A stretch of 64,000 bases of DNA, taken from positions 148,182,001-148,246,000 of the forward strand of contig CM059431.1 of the NCBI GenBank assembly GCA_030390025.1, in the 5' to 3' direction. Source of the stretch: Squalus acanthias (taxonomy: Eukaryota). Under the pieces are notes generated by a model. That model ran no database searches, had not been told where the DNA came from, and was given only the letters and a program-made list of their open reading frames with translations. Shown piece after piece: positions 47,265 through 60,800 of this stretch. Both the position numbers and the translations under genes were made by a program. Every line of letters begins with the position of its first letter. The first letter of the stretch is position 1.

Positions 47265-49362
47265 ATTCGTTTATGGAATATGGGCGTCGCTGGCAAGGCC
47301 AGCGTTTGTTGCCCATCCCTAATTGCCCTCGAGAAGGTGGTGGTGAGCCTACTTCTTGAATCGCTGCAATCCCTTGTAGTGAAGGTACTCCCACTGTGCT
47401 GTTAGGGAGGGAGTTCCAGGATTTTGACCAAGCGATGATGAAGGCTCGGTGATATAATTCTAAGACAGGAAGGTGTGTGACTTGGAGGGGAACCTTGTGG
47501 TGGTGGTGTTCCCATGCGGCTGCTGCCCTTGTCCTTCTAGGTGGAAGAGGTTGCGGGTGGGAGGCGCTGCCAAAGAAGCCTTGGAGAGTTGCTGAAGTGC
47601 ATCTTGTAGATGGTACACTCTGCAGCCACGGTACGCTAGTGATGGAGGGAGTGAATGTTTATGGTGGTAGGTGGGGTGCCAATCAAGCAGGCTGCTTTGT
47701 CCTGGATGGTGTCACAGTATTCAAGTGGCTGGACCAGTTACGTTTCTGGTCAATGGTGACCCGCAGAATGTTGATGATGGGGTATTCGGCGATGGTAATG
47801 CCAATGACTGTCAAGGGGCGGTGGTTAGATTCTCGCTTGTTGGAGATACTCATTGCTTGGCAATTGTGTGGTGCAAATGTTAACTGCCACCATTCAGCCC
47901 AAGCTTGAACGTCGTCCAGGTCCCGTTGCATGCGGGCATGGACTGCTTCATTATCTGAGGAGTTGTGAATGGCACTGAACACTGTGCTGTCATCAGCAAA
48001 CATCCCCATTTCTGACGTTATTTTGGAGAGAAGGTAATTGATGAAGCAGCTGAAGATGGTTTGGTCTCGGACACTGCCCTGAGGAACTCCTGCAGCGATG
48101 TCCTGGGGCTGTGATGATTGACCTGCAACCACCACAACCATCTTGCTTTGTGCTAGGTATGACTAAGGGTTTTGATGTTTTATTAATGGTCATAATGATT
48201 TATAAAGGGTTATAATGTTTTATTAATGGTCAGAATGATTTATAAAGTTTTATGAAGTTTTGTTAATGGTCATAGTGATTTATAAAGGGTTATAATGTAT
48301 TTTATTTTATTCGTTTATGCGATGTGGGTGTCGCTGGCAAGGCCAGCATTTATTGCCCATCCGTAACTGCCCTTGAGAAGGTGGTGGTGAGCTGCCTTCT
48401 TGAACCGCTGCAGTCCGTGTGGTGAAGGTATTCTCACAGAGCTGCTAGCTAGGGAGTTCCAAGATTTTGACCTAGCGATGATGAAGGATCGGTGATATAA
48501 TTCTAAATGAGGATGGTATGTGACTTGGCCGGTAAATTAGAGGTGGTGGTGTACCCATGCGCCTGCTGCCCTTGTCCTTCTCGGTGGAAAGGTTTGCAGG
48601 ACTGGGAGGTGCTGCCGAAGAAGCTTTGGCGAGTTGCTGCAGTAGATGGCAAACACTGCAGCCACGGTACGCCGGTGGTGGAGGGAGTGAATGTTTAAGG
48701 TTGTAGATGGGGTGCCAATAAAGCGAGCTGCTTTGTCCTGGATGGTGTCGAGCTTCTTGAGTGTTGTTGGAGTTGCACTCATCCAGGCAAGTGGAGAATA
48801 TTCCCTTAGACTCCTTAATTGTGCCTTATGGTTGGTAGAAAGTCTTTGGGGAGTCCGGAGGTGAGACAATCGCCACAGAATATCTAGCTTCTGACCTGCT
48901 CTTGTAGCCACAATATTCATGTGGCTGGTCCAGTTAAGTTTATGGTCAATGCTGAGCCCCAGGATGTTGATGGTGGGGGATTCGCCAATGGTAATCCCAT
49001 TGAATGTCAAGGAGCGGTGGTTAGAGTCTCGCTTGTTGGAGTTAGTCCATGCCTGACACTTCTGTGGGGCGAATGTTACCTGCCACTAATCAGCTCAAGC
49101 CTGAACGTCGTCCAGATCTTGTTGCATGCGGGCATGGACTACTTTATTATCTGAGGAGTTGTGAAGAGCACTGAACACTTTGCAGTATTCAGCGAGCATC
49201 CCCATTCCTGCCCTTTGTTGGAGGGAAGATCATTGATGAAGCAGCTGAAGATGGTTGTGCCTAGGACACTGCCCTGAGGAACACCTACAGCGATGTCCTG
49301 GGGTTGTGATGATTGACCTTCAACCACCACAACCATCTTCCTTTGTGCTAGGTATGACTATG
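47265..49362 (-). mobile_element. Two tandem truncated copies of the second LINE family separated by the 40-bp minisatellite
   Basis: ORFs 47683-48141, 48537-49010 and 49139-49336 (GVPQGSV, MFADD). Confidence 0.85.
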
Positions 49363-49367
49363 GGGTA

Positions 49368-52300
49368 TAAGAACATAAGAACATGAGAAATAGGATCAGG
49401 AATAGGACACTTGGCCCCTCGAGCCTGCTCCGACATTGAATAGGATCATGGCTGATCTAGGGCTCAAAGCCACTTCCCAGCCCGCTCCCCATAACCCTTC
49501 ACTCACTTATATTGCAAAAATGTGTCTATCAGCACTTTAAATGTATTTAATGACCCAGCGTCCACGGGTCTCTGGGGCAGAGAATTCCACAGATTTACGA
49601 CCCTCTGAGAGAAGAAGTTCCTCCTCATCTCAGTTCTGAAAGGGCGACCCTTTATTCTGAGACCGTGCCCCCGAATTCTAGATTTTCCCATGAGGGGAAA
49701 AATCCTTGCTGCATCTACCCTGTCGAGCCCCTCACAATCTCAAATGTTTCGATAAGATCACCTCTCATTCTTCAAAATTCCAAAGTGTATAGGCCCAGCC
49801 CGCTCAATCTTTCCTCATACGTCAAACCCCTCATCTCAGGAATTAACCTAGTGAATCATTTCTGAACTGCCTCCAATGCAATTATATCCCTCCTTAAATA
49901 AGGAGACCAAAACTGTACGCAGTTCTCAATGTGTGGTCTCACCAATACCTTGTACAGTTGTAGCAGGACTTCCCTGCTTTTATACTCCAACCCCCTTGAA
50001 ATGAAGGCCAACATTCCATTTGCCTTGGTATTACTTGCTGTACCTGCATGCTAACTTTTTGTGTTTCATGCACAAGGACCCCCAGGTCCCGTTGAAATGT
50101 ATCATTTTGTAATCTCTCTCCATTTAAATAATAGTTTGCTTTTTTATTTTTCCTGCCAAAGTGGATAACCTCGCACTTTCCCACATTGTACTCCAATTGC
50201 CAAATGTTTGCCCACTCACCTAGCCTGTTTATATCCCTTTGCAGATTCCTTCAGTCCCCTGCACAACTTGCTTTCCCACCCATCTTTGTATCATCTGCAA
50301 ATTTGGCAACATTACACTCGAACACTTCATCCAAGTCATTAATGTAGATTGTAAATAGTTCGGGCCGCAGCACCCATCCTTGTGGAACGCCACTATTTAC
50401 CGTTTGCAAACCAGAAAATGACCCATTTATCCCCATTCTCTGCTTTCTGTTCGTTAGCCATTTCTCTATCCATGCTAATATATTACCCCCAACTCCGTGA
50501 CCTCTTATCTTATGCAGTAACCTTTTATGTGACACCTGATCGAATGCCTTCTGGAAATCCAAATACACCAAAGCCACTGGCTCATCCTTGTCCACCCTGC
50601 TTGTTACATCCTCAAAGAACTCCAGCAAATTTGTTAAACTTGATTTCCTTTTCCTAAAATCATGCTGACTCTGTATGACTGCAGTATGTTTTTCTAAATG
50701 CCCGGCAACTGCTTCCTTAATGAAGGACTCCCGCATTTTCCCAACGACAGATGTTAGGCTAACTGTTCTATATTTTCCTGCTTTCTGTTTCCCAACTTCC
50801 TTAAATAGGGATGCAGGCCATCTGGTCCAGGGGACTTGCCGTCTTTTATTCCCATTATTTTGCTGAGTGTGATAGTGATTTTCTTCAGTTTCCCACTCCC
50901 TGTGGCCCCTTGATTATCCATTATTTGGATGTTGTTAGTGTCTTCTACAGAGAAGACAGATGCAAAATATTTGTTCAGAGACTCAGCCATTTCCCCGTTC
51001 CCCATTATTAATTCCCCAGTCTCATCCTCTAAGGGACCAACGTTTACTTGAGCTACCCTCTTCCTTTCTATATACCTGTGGAAGCTCTTACTATCTGTTT
51101 TAATGGTTCTTCCCAGATTACTCTCATAATTCATCTTCTCTCTCTTTCATGTTTTTTTAGTCATCCTCTGCTGCTTTTTAAAAGTTCCCAATCCTCTGGT
51201 CTCCCACCCATCTTGGCAACATTGTATGCCTTCGTTTCCTATTTGATACCATCCTTTACTTCCTTAGTTAGCCACGGATGGTGCACCCTTCTCTTAAAAT
51301 CTTTCTTTCTCCCTGGAATATATTTTTCTTTAGAGTTATGAAATATCACCTTAAATGTCCGCCACTGCATTTCAACTTTCTTACCCTGTAATTTGTTTTT
51401 CCTGTCTACTTTAGCCAGTTCTGCCCTCATGCCATTATAATTGCCTTTGTTTAAAATCAGGACACTGTTTTGGGATACTTCTTTCTCACCCTCCAACTGA
51501 ATTTGAAATTCAACCATACTATGATCACTCTTTCCTAGATGATCCTTTACTATGAGATCATTTATAAATTCTCTCTCATTACATAGTACCAGATCCAAGA
51601 TAGCCTGTTCCCTGTTTGGATCCATTACATACTGTTCTAGGAAAACATCCCGGATGCACTCTATGAACTCCTCCTCCAGGCTACCATGGCCAATTTGATG
51701 TGTCCGATCAATATGGAGATTAAAATCACCCATGATTATTACCGTACCACTTTTTTACAGGCCTCCATTATTTGTTGATTTATACTCTGTCCAACAGCAT
51801 TGCTACTCTTCGGGGGCCTTCAGACTACGCCGTCCCAGAGACTTTTTCCCCTTATTACTTTTTACCTCCATCAAAACCGATTCTACATCTTGATCTTCTG
51901 AGCCAATATCACTTCTCACCACTGCACTGATTCCATCTTTTACCAACAAAAGCACCCCACCTCCCTTTCCTTTATTTCTATCCTTCCGAATTATCACATA
52001 CCCTGGGAATATTCAGTTCCCAGCCCTGGTGGCCTTGCAACCACGTCTGTGTAATAGCGATCTGATCATACCCATTTGCATCTATTTGTGCCGTCCACTC
52101 ATTTATCTTGTTACGAATGCTGCGTGCATTCAGATTTCGAGCTTTTATCTTTGTATTTTTACCATTTTTCCTTGTTTTGGTCTTTTTTTCTGTTACACTC
52201 TTATTTTTAATCATTCAGTCCCTTCCTGTCATATTCTGGTTATTATTTCACACGTCTCCAGCCTGCTCTATTGCTTTCTCATTTCTCATTGACTTTTAAT

Positions 52301-52745
52301 TTTCCTGCTCATCTGGATCCTCCCCCGCCCCCCCCCCCACTTTTTAGTTTAAAGTCCTCTCTACAGCCTTAGTTATTCCATTTGCCAGGACTCTAGCCTC
52401 AGCATAATGCAAGTGAAGCCCGTCCAAACGGAATAGCTCCCTCTTATCCCAGTACTGGTGCCAGCGCCCCACAAATCGAAACCCATTTCTCCCACACCAG
52501 TCTTTGAGCCACTCGTTCATTTATCTGATCTTATTTACCCGATGCAAATTCGCTCGTGGCTCAGCTAGAAATCCAGAGATATTACCTTTGTGGTTCTGCT
52601 TTTTAATTTAACCCCTCGCTACACATACTCTCTCAGCAGAACCTCTTTCTTTGTCCTACCTATGTCATTGGTACCTCCGTGGACCATGATAACTGGATCT
52701 TCCCCCTCCTACTCCAAGTTTCTCTCCAGCCCAGAGGAGATGTCA
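49368..52745 (-). mobile_element. Decayed CR1 LINE (older family), paralogue of 26580-30070, ORF1 part not inverted
   Basis: APE/RT fragments at 49503-52214; tail at ~49368-49390; internal deletion at ~50810. Confidence 0.92.
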
Positions 52746-52939
52746 TAACCTTGGTTATGAAGTTTTATTAAATATCATAATGAATTATAAAGTGTTGTAA
52801 TGATTATCAGTGGTCATTATGAGTTAGTAAGGTTTATAATGTTTTCTTAATGATCTTAATGATTTACAAAAGGTTATGATGTTTAGTTAATAGCCATAAT
52901 GATTTATAAAGGGTTATGTTGTTTTGTTAATGGTCATTA

Positions 52940-53330
52940 ATGCTCGCCCTCGCCGCCCGCCCGTTCTCAGGGTAACCAGGCCTCCCGCTGCTGCCGACAT
53001 CCTGACTCTGGCCTTGCGCCGCCACTCGCTTCTGGGAAAGGAGAAACCTCAATTTTGGCAATCGACCCAGGGGGAAGCCCCCGATAGAGAGAGAGAGAGA
53101 GAGAGTGAGTGCGACAGACGCCATCTTTGTGCGGGGCGCCATTTGCACGATCTTTGAACGGGGCCTGTTCCGCGTTTTTGCTCATTGAGCGGCGCCGCCA
53201 TCTTTGTCTCGGGCAGGGCTGCCGCCATCTTCGTGCGGGCGGGAGTTGCGCTGCGTTAGGAGGCGCGTTTGGTGTCTGCCATCTTTGTCTCGGGCACTGC
53301 TGCCTTTCCAGAGGGGCCTGACAGATGGAC
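52940..53330. promoter_or_regulatory. GC/CpG-rich element with clustered YY1-like motifs, copy 3
   Basis: Repeated GCCGCCATCTT motifs. Confidence 0.5.
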
Positions 53331-53457
53331 GCGCCACTGACAAGGTGGCCAGTGGAGACAGTGTGTGAGTGAGTGTGTTAATGTCCCCAGATCACTGGCG
53401 GCTCACTCAAAGTATCAGGCCCAGGGAACTCTCAGGCTGCAATGTCTCCGCTTCTTC

Positions 53458-54359
53458 TCATCCTTTAATGAATTTTACAATTAGAGCAAAGGGATATTTC
53501 CCCACATTCTTCAACTGCTCTCTGAACTTAGTCTGGGTCACGGCATAAATCCCAGTGTTTGTGCAGCAACTCAGCAGCTGCGGCATCAATGCTATTTCCT
53601 GTACATAAAGAGGTAGAGATACAGAATGATACTCCGAATACCACAGCCGGTTCATTATATACATCACCATATACATTGCCCATAACAGGATGAAATTGCC
53701 GGAGATAACAAGCAGTAAAATGATGGATTTCCTGCGGCTCTCCATCTCTGGGTCTCTGGGACTCTCCCCACTGCTGGGACCCCGGAGTCTCCTGCGGGCT
53801 CTGCTGGCCACTAAAATGTGTCTGACGGTGACAGCATTGAGCAGCAGAATCACCACAAATGGGACCCCCGGGGTGAGAAGATATTGAACGAGCTCGATTG
53901 CTCCCCAGACCCGTGAAATCATAACAGTGTATGTTACCCCACAAAACCAGGGAGTATTCTGAAGCTCATACCGATCCGTCAACGAAAAATACCAGGCGAT
54001 GTTCTTTAAACAGCTCAGCACAGTCACTGTTCCCAGAACCACAGCCGCCGTTTTCTCGGTGCAATGTTTAGTTTTCAGCTTCTGGAGACAAATGGCCACA
54101 AATCGATCAAAGGTGAAAGTGACGGTGAACCAGACAGAACAGTCTGTGGCTGCATAAAGCAGGACGGCGTGGATATTACACACGCTTTTGGATCGTAGGA
54201 ATTGAAACTGTTCCCTATAAACAATCGGAATCTGCCTCAATATCAGGTCGAGGATAATGACCAGTAGATCCGCCGCTGCCATGGCCACCAGATAGCGAGT
54301 GACACATTTGGAGAGACCGCACTTTCCCCGAGACAGGATCACAATCGTCACTAAGTTCA
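53458..54359 (-). CDS. Orphan class A GPCR (GPR139/GPR142-like), copy B, coding exon 2
   Basis: Acceptor CCCTTCCTCACAG|; 902 nt; same 7TM motifs (DRF, NTGIY); open to TGA. Confidence 0.92.
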
Positions 54360-55994
54360 CTGTGAGGAAGGGAAATCAACAGGGAAATTATACATCAGGC
54401 TGCGAGCAAGAACAGCAGTTTGATGGAAATCGGGGAGAAATCTGCGAATCAATCGCGACATTAAATGATATAATCTAATTCTATTACCTGTGGAACTGAA
54501 TACAGGGTTTATTGTAAGAATAATCGGGAATAAATTGTTGAATCAATCAATGAAAAGGTGGTACATGCAACAGGAATGTAACCAATGTTTGATCAATGAG
54601 AGATGAAATGGTAGACCTGCCTTTAGCCCAGCGGTCAAAAGCTCCGCCCGAGGTACCAGGGACTAAAAGGACCAGAACCTCTCAGGAAGCCTTCGTGTCC
54701 CGGGATCAGTCAGCATTTGGAGAGCTACAATACGATTCAGTGCCCCTTGTGTTAGGGAGGAGGAAATCCGGCTTGGACTCATGCACCTGGTTGGAATATC
54801 CTTTATATTAGAGAACTGAAAATGAAAAGAACAGCAAAATACAGAAACTGCAATCTTGGCGTTCAATAATTACAGGCAATTGTATTTAAAATGTACGGCT
54901 GTAATATGCGAATGCTAAGATAATTAATAAAAGTGCACTGCAGTTATAAAGATAACCGGGCTGCAAGAAATCTTTTGAAGATTTAGTTTTCTACATTTAT
55001 GCTGAAATACACAATTTCTAGCTCATTGAAAGGAAGATTTTCCAAATAACATAAATAGTGGGAACTGAATTAAAAAAGATAGTTATTATGGACCAAGTAA
55101 TATCCGACTAAATGCATTTATTAGCATCATAATCAGGCGAATTATCCAACAGGCAAAATGCCGCCGAATGTATTTGTAAAGTATCTGAACACAAATGGAA
55201 TAGATTTATCCTTGTACTTTTTCACCTGTTGGTTTCCAACTTGTGCAGAGAATATTAGTCGAGAAAATATGAAAGGATTTTCTTACCCTCAGTACTTCAG
55301 TTACAATCAGCTGGGATTGATTATCCTGCAGTACAGCAGAAGGCAATAGAGAATCACTCTGGGTCTCACTGAGAGATCCACTGAACTGTGACAGACGGGC
55401 ATGGGATCCAATTGTAAATTCAAAACAAAGATTGGAAATAAACGCGTTGAAATATGTCTGAGTGAACGTTTTTGAGAATGTAAATTATCCTTGTAATCCT
55501 TTCTACCCATCAGAAGCAGTGCCACGAATGCAGAGCTGGAGATGGTGGGAAAGGAGACATTGACTGGAACTGAATGATTCGCGGATATTTAAGACATTTA
55601 AAGATGTGGGTGTGATCTGCCAGGATTTGTTCCTGTGACTCTGTGTCAGTAACCACGCCGAGCATTCAGTGAAAACAAAAGCAAATTACTGCGAATGTTG
55701 GAAATCTGAAATAAGCACAGAAAAAGTTTTCAATACTCAGCAGGTCAGGCAGCTTCTGTGGAGAGAGGGAGAGTTAACGTTTCAGGTCGATGATCTTTCG
55801 TCATTTGGTGAAAAGTCTCCTAAACCAAGACAACATTCATCGGATCTGTTACAAATGTTCAGTGCAGAGAACAGAATGAAATTCGTTAAATAAAGTGTGT
55901 CGTCTAATATAGTTTCTTGAGTTGAATATAGAACAATTGAATATTGGTAATACTGTAACACATTCAGAATCAATAGCCGAGAGCAGCGCGGATT

Positions 55995-56500
55995 GGATGG
56001 AGAATGACAAGGAGAGAAATACAGTAAAACATGATTTATGGAATGAATAGCTGGATACAGGCACTTACCAGGGACACCAACAGTAGCGAAGCGCAGGGGA
56101 ATCAGTGACAAGAACAGTAATACAGTGAAACATGATTTACAAAATTAATAGTTGAATACAGGCTCTTACCAGGGACACCAACAGTAGCGAAGCGCGGGGG
56201 AATCAGTGACAAGAATAGTAATACAGTGAAACATGATTTACAGAATTAATAGTTGGATACAGGGACTTTCCAGGAACACCAACAGTAGCGAAGCGCGGGG
56301 GAATCAGTGACAAGAATAGTAATACAGTGAAACATGATTTACAGAATTAATAGTTGGATATAGAGACTTACCAGGGACACCAAAATAGTGAGGGTTGGGG
56401 GGCGGGATAATTGACAAGACCATTAATACAGTTAAGCATGATTTACAGAATTATTAGTTGGATACAGAGACTTTCAAGGTACATCAATAGCAGCGAGAAT
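55995..56500 (-). repeat. Intronic exon-end/donor tandem repeat (5 units)
   Basis: CTTACCAGGGACACCAACAGTAGCG units on the plus strand at ~56065, 56165, 56265 and 56367, plus a diverged unit at ~56470. Confidence 0.8.
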
Positions 56501-56655
56501 GCGACTGTCTTTTTAAACAACTCTTGCTTTAACAAAGATGCAACAACTTGAAAGACAGAATTCAATTAATAACTGAATTTGCCACGGTAAACAGGAATTA
56601 TAATATTACAGTGTAACATGGTTTATAGAATTAAATACTGGACATAGATTCTTAC

Positions 56656-56767
56656 TAGGAACACCAACAGCAGCGAGGAGCGGATAGAAAATCTGTTGTA
56701 TATCATTAACTATTCTCATCATCCTCATCTGTTCAAGATAACTTTCGAAAGCGCTGCTGGAACCCAT
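56656..56767 (-). CDS. Orphan class A GPCR copy B, coding exon 1
   Basis: MGSSSAFESYLEQMRMMRIVNDIQQIFYPLLAAVGVP + A|GTAAG; 112 nt; in frame with exon 2 (337 aa total). Confidence 0.82.
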
Positions 56768-57074
56768 GCCTTCCCTCTGTAAGAGGCTGGTGGTCTTTGT
56801 GCGGGAGGCAGCGCGCTGATTGTGTGAGGTCACACAGCGAAGGGATCTCCTTATTTATAGAAGAGAAAAATCCTCGAGTGACATAATGAGGCCGAACTGT
56901 AACTGACATTAATTACAGTCACTGAACAAACAGACTCATTGAACCATTCTCACCACAGCAATTCACTGCCACACAATCTGAAGTAGCTGAGTGTTCATCT
57001 TCTCTGAACAGAATTTTATGCATTGCTAGAAATAGATTTCATTCCATTCGGGCTCAGTTTGAGTAACCAGTGAA

Positions 57075-57895
57075 TAGCTGAGCCACACGGAGCAGGAAAG
57101 GCCCAGGCTGCATCCCCGGCCTGTGCCGAAAAATTCAGATCTCACCTGGTGTGGTGCTGATCCCCACAAACACAAAGCATTGAAGGCCCAGGTTACAACC
57201 TCGGCCTGAACTGAGTTAGCCTGATCTCACACACGGTGTGGTACTGAGCCCACACACAAACACACACAAAGCATGGAAGGTCCAGGCTACAACGTCGGCC
57301 TGTGCTAAGTGAATCAAATCTGACACCCGGTGTGATACTGAGCCCCAGATACATAGAGCAAGAAAGGCACAGGCTCCAACCTCGGGCTGTGCTGAATGAG
57401 CTGATTTCACACCCGGTGTGGTACTGAGCTCCACACATACAGCGCAGGAAAGGCCTAGGCTCCATCCCCGGCCTGTGCTCAGTGACTCTAATCCCACACC
57501 CGGTTTGGTCCTGAGCCCCGCACACACAGACAGAGCAGGAAAGGCCCAGGCTCCATCCCCGGCATGTGGTAAGTGAATCTAATCCCACACCCGGTGTGTT
57601 CCTGAGCCCCACATACACAGACAGAGCAGGAAAGGAAAGGCTCCATCCCCGGTCTCTGCTGAGTGATCTGATCTCACACCCGGTGTAGTAACTAGCCCCA
57701 CAAACAGAGCAGGAAATGCCCAGGCTCCATCTCCGGCCTGAGCTGTGTTAGCCTGATGTCACCCAGTGTGATACTGAGCCCCTCACACAGTGCAGGAAAG
57801 GGCTAGGCTCCATCCATGGCGTCTGCTGAGTTAGCCTGATCCCGCACCCAGTGTGGTACTGAGACCCACATACACACACAGAGCAGGAAGTTCCA
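57075..57895. repeat. ~91-bp tandem repeat, mirror copy
   Basis: Reverse complement of 16020-16830, with more heterogeneous units. Confidence 0.8.
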
Positions 57896-60800
57896 AAGCC
57901 AGAGTTGGACAGCAAAATCGTCTGGCATTGTTATTCTGCTGTTAGAATCTAGGCGTGACTAAAATATTTATGGTTATGCGAATGAAGCTGTGACAGGATA
58001 ATACTGTGTTTAAATGCTGTATGTTTTTACTGCAGCCATGTAAGGGTTTAATGTACAGGTTGTGTCTTACTGGAACTGCGCAAGTTTCGATTTCCTCACA
58101 AACTTGTATTGGAGTTTGAGACAGCGATTTTAGTTAGTCAGATTAGATGATGCATAACATCCCACATAGGACACACAGCATGACCTTGCCTCTCAGGATT
58201 AGCTGTCTGTTGTTTGTAAGTTAGGATTTTGAAACCGCAGCCCAATCCCCACTCCACACCTCCCATTGCACCTCCATTCCACTGCTCCCCACCCATACCC
58301 CACACTCGGCATCCCCTACATCCCACCCAATGCAGCCCTACCCCCACCCACTGCAACCCTACCCCCAACCAACCGAACCCCACCCCACCCTTGACAAGCC
58401 CTGATCTTCCGGTTGTGTCCATTTATTTCTTCCTATCTTGCTCCGCATTTGCATCTTTCAGCTTCAGCGGGAGCCTCTTTAACGGGAAGTGGTCTTTCGC
58501 CATGAAAAGTACCTGGAACGGACGAAATTCACCCGGTGAGGAGTCAGGTACGCTACAGAGAGATCTCAGTTACACTCTACCTTAGCTGGGAGTCTAAGGA
58601 ACCGTTTTCGAGCCCCTAACATACAGGGAATCCCTTCCCCTTAACACAGGCATCTTTACCTAAGGAAATAAATAATTCCCTTCGAAGGAGTGCCGCGAAG
58701 GTTCACTAGATTGGTTCCTGGGATGGGGGGATTGTCCTTTGGGGACAGATTGAGCAGAGTCGGCCTATATTCCCTCGAATTTTGAAGAATGAGAGAAGCT
58801 CTCACTGAAACTTTTCAAATTCTTACAGGGCTTTACAGAGTAGATGCTCGGAAGATCTCAGAATCAAAGTATGATAGAGCACAGAAGGAGGCCATTCGGC
58901 CCATCTAACCTGTGCCGGCTCTTTGAAAGAGCTATCAGTTGGCATGTGGTCCTCGATTAATTCAGCTTCCGAAAGTTGTTCATGTTTAGTTCATTCAATA
59001 TGAGGAAAAGTGTTTGGCATCATTGGAGAAAGAGAGAGAGAGAGAGAGATACAGACTTCACTTAGCAACAGCCAGTGTTGAAGATTGCAGTCGGGTCTTG
59101 AGATGCTTATAGTATTGTCAGACTGTAAACATCCCACCACACACCATTGCAATTTTTAAGAGAGATTGTTGAAGTACAAGCCGATTGAAGGACGGTACAT
59201 TGAATGTAAACTCCGAATGTTGATGTATGAGAAAGGTGAACTTGTGTGCATCGGCTGAAGGATGGTGCTTTTGACTGGAGATTACCCGATCAGGCAAGGC
59301 TGCTTCCAGTTTGCTAAAGAGAATAGTGTATCAATAGAAGCTGATTTCCTTGTTCAAGCAGCAGGGACGCATGCCTACTTTCGCGTGCTCTATCTGTGAC
59401 TATACTCTGCTTGTAAATTGCTTTTTATGTGAAGTGAAAGAATAAAATGATATAACCAGAAGACTGAATTCGGTACTGCCCAAGTGGACAACAGAAGGTT
59501 GTTTAAAACAACACAGGGGAAACACAGCGAGAGACAGAGCGGGAGGGGGAGAAGGACAGGGGGAGAGACTGTTGGAGACAGACCGGGAGAGATAGAGAGC
59601 GAGACAGATGACGGGTGTGGAGACAGAGAGAGAGCGAGACAGACCGACTGCGGGGAGCGGGGTGCAGGAGTAACAGCGCTGGATCACACATAGAAAGACC
59701 GACAGGAGTTGGACAGAGAGAGAGCGAGACAGACGGAGGAGACAGACGGTGGGGGAGACAGGGGGAGACAACACGTCAGTCAGATGGAGAGACAACCAGG
59801 AAAGGGAGACAGCGAGAGAGAGAGGGAGAGAGAGAGACAGACGGAGGAGACAGACGGTCAGACTGATGCGCAGACAGAGTGAGAGAGACAGATTGTGTTG
59901 AGACAGATGGAATGAGACACAAAGAGCGAGATGGACGTTGGTAAGGGATACAGACGGGGCTGAAAAACGGGGGATACAGATGTAGGGAGACACATAGAGC
60001 GACAGACGGGGTGGAGACAGAGATTGAGACAGACGGAAGGGAGAGTGAGAGGAGAGACATTAGGTGAGAAGGAAAGAGATCAGACGGGTTTGAGACAGCA
60101 AAGATAGACAGACGGGGAGAGACACGGGGGAGACATACGGTGGGGCGCCAGAAGGAGAGACAAACCAGCAGGGGAGACTGATGGGGGAGACCGACGCTGG
60201 AGAGGCAGAGAGAGCGGGAGACAGAACCCGGGGCAGGATAAGGATGGGGAGAGAGATTGATGGAGATAAAGGGAGTACACAGAATGGGGGAGACAGAGAG
60301 AGACAGCTGGGGGAGAGACAGACTGTGAAGACAAAGGGAAAGTGACAGAATGTGCAGACAGAGAGAGAGAGAGACAGACTGTGGAGACAGATAGAGAGAG
60401 AGACCAGGGGTAACTAACGGGATGGAGACAGACGAGGAGGCCCGCTAAGGGAGTCAGAGAGTAAGAGAGAGACTGGGGGAGAGAGATGGGGAGAAGAAAG
60501 ATTGTGTGTGACACAGAGAAAGACAGATGGGGGAGACAGACAGGAGGAGGCAGGAGGGAAGACAGACGGAAGGGAGACAAAGCGTGAGAGAGAGGAGGGA
60601 CAGACGGGGAGAAAGAAAGAGATCAGATGGGGTTGAGACCGATAGAGATAGACAGAAGGGGAAACAGACGTTGGGGGGAGAGAAGGAAAGACAGACCAGC
60701 AGGTTAGACTGATGGGGGCAGACAGACGGGATGAGAAAGAGAGAGAGAGACAGATGGGGCAGACAGATGGCGGAGAGACAGATAGAGAACAGACGGGGTG

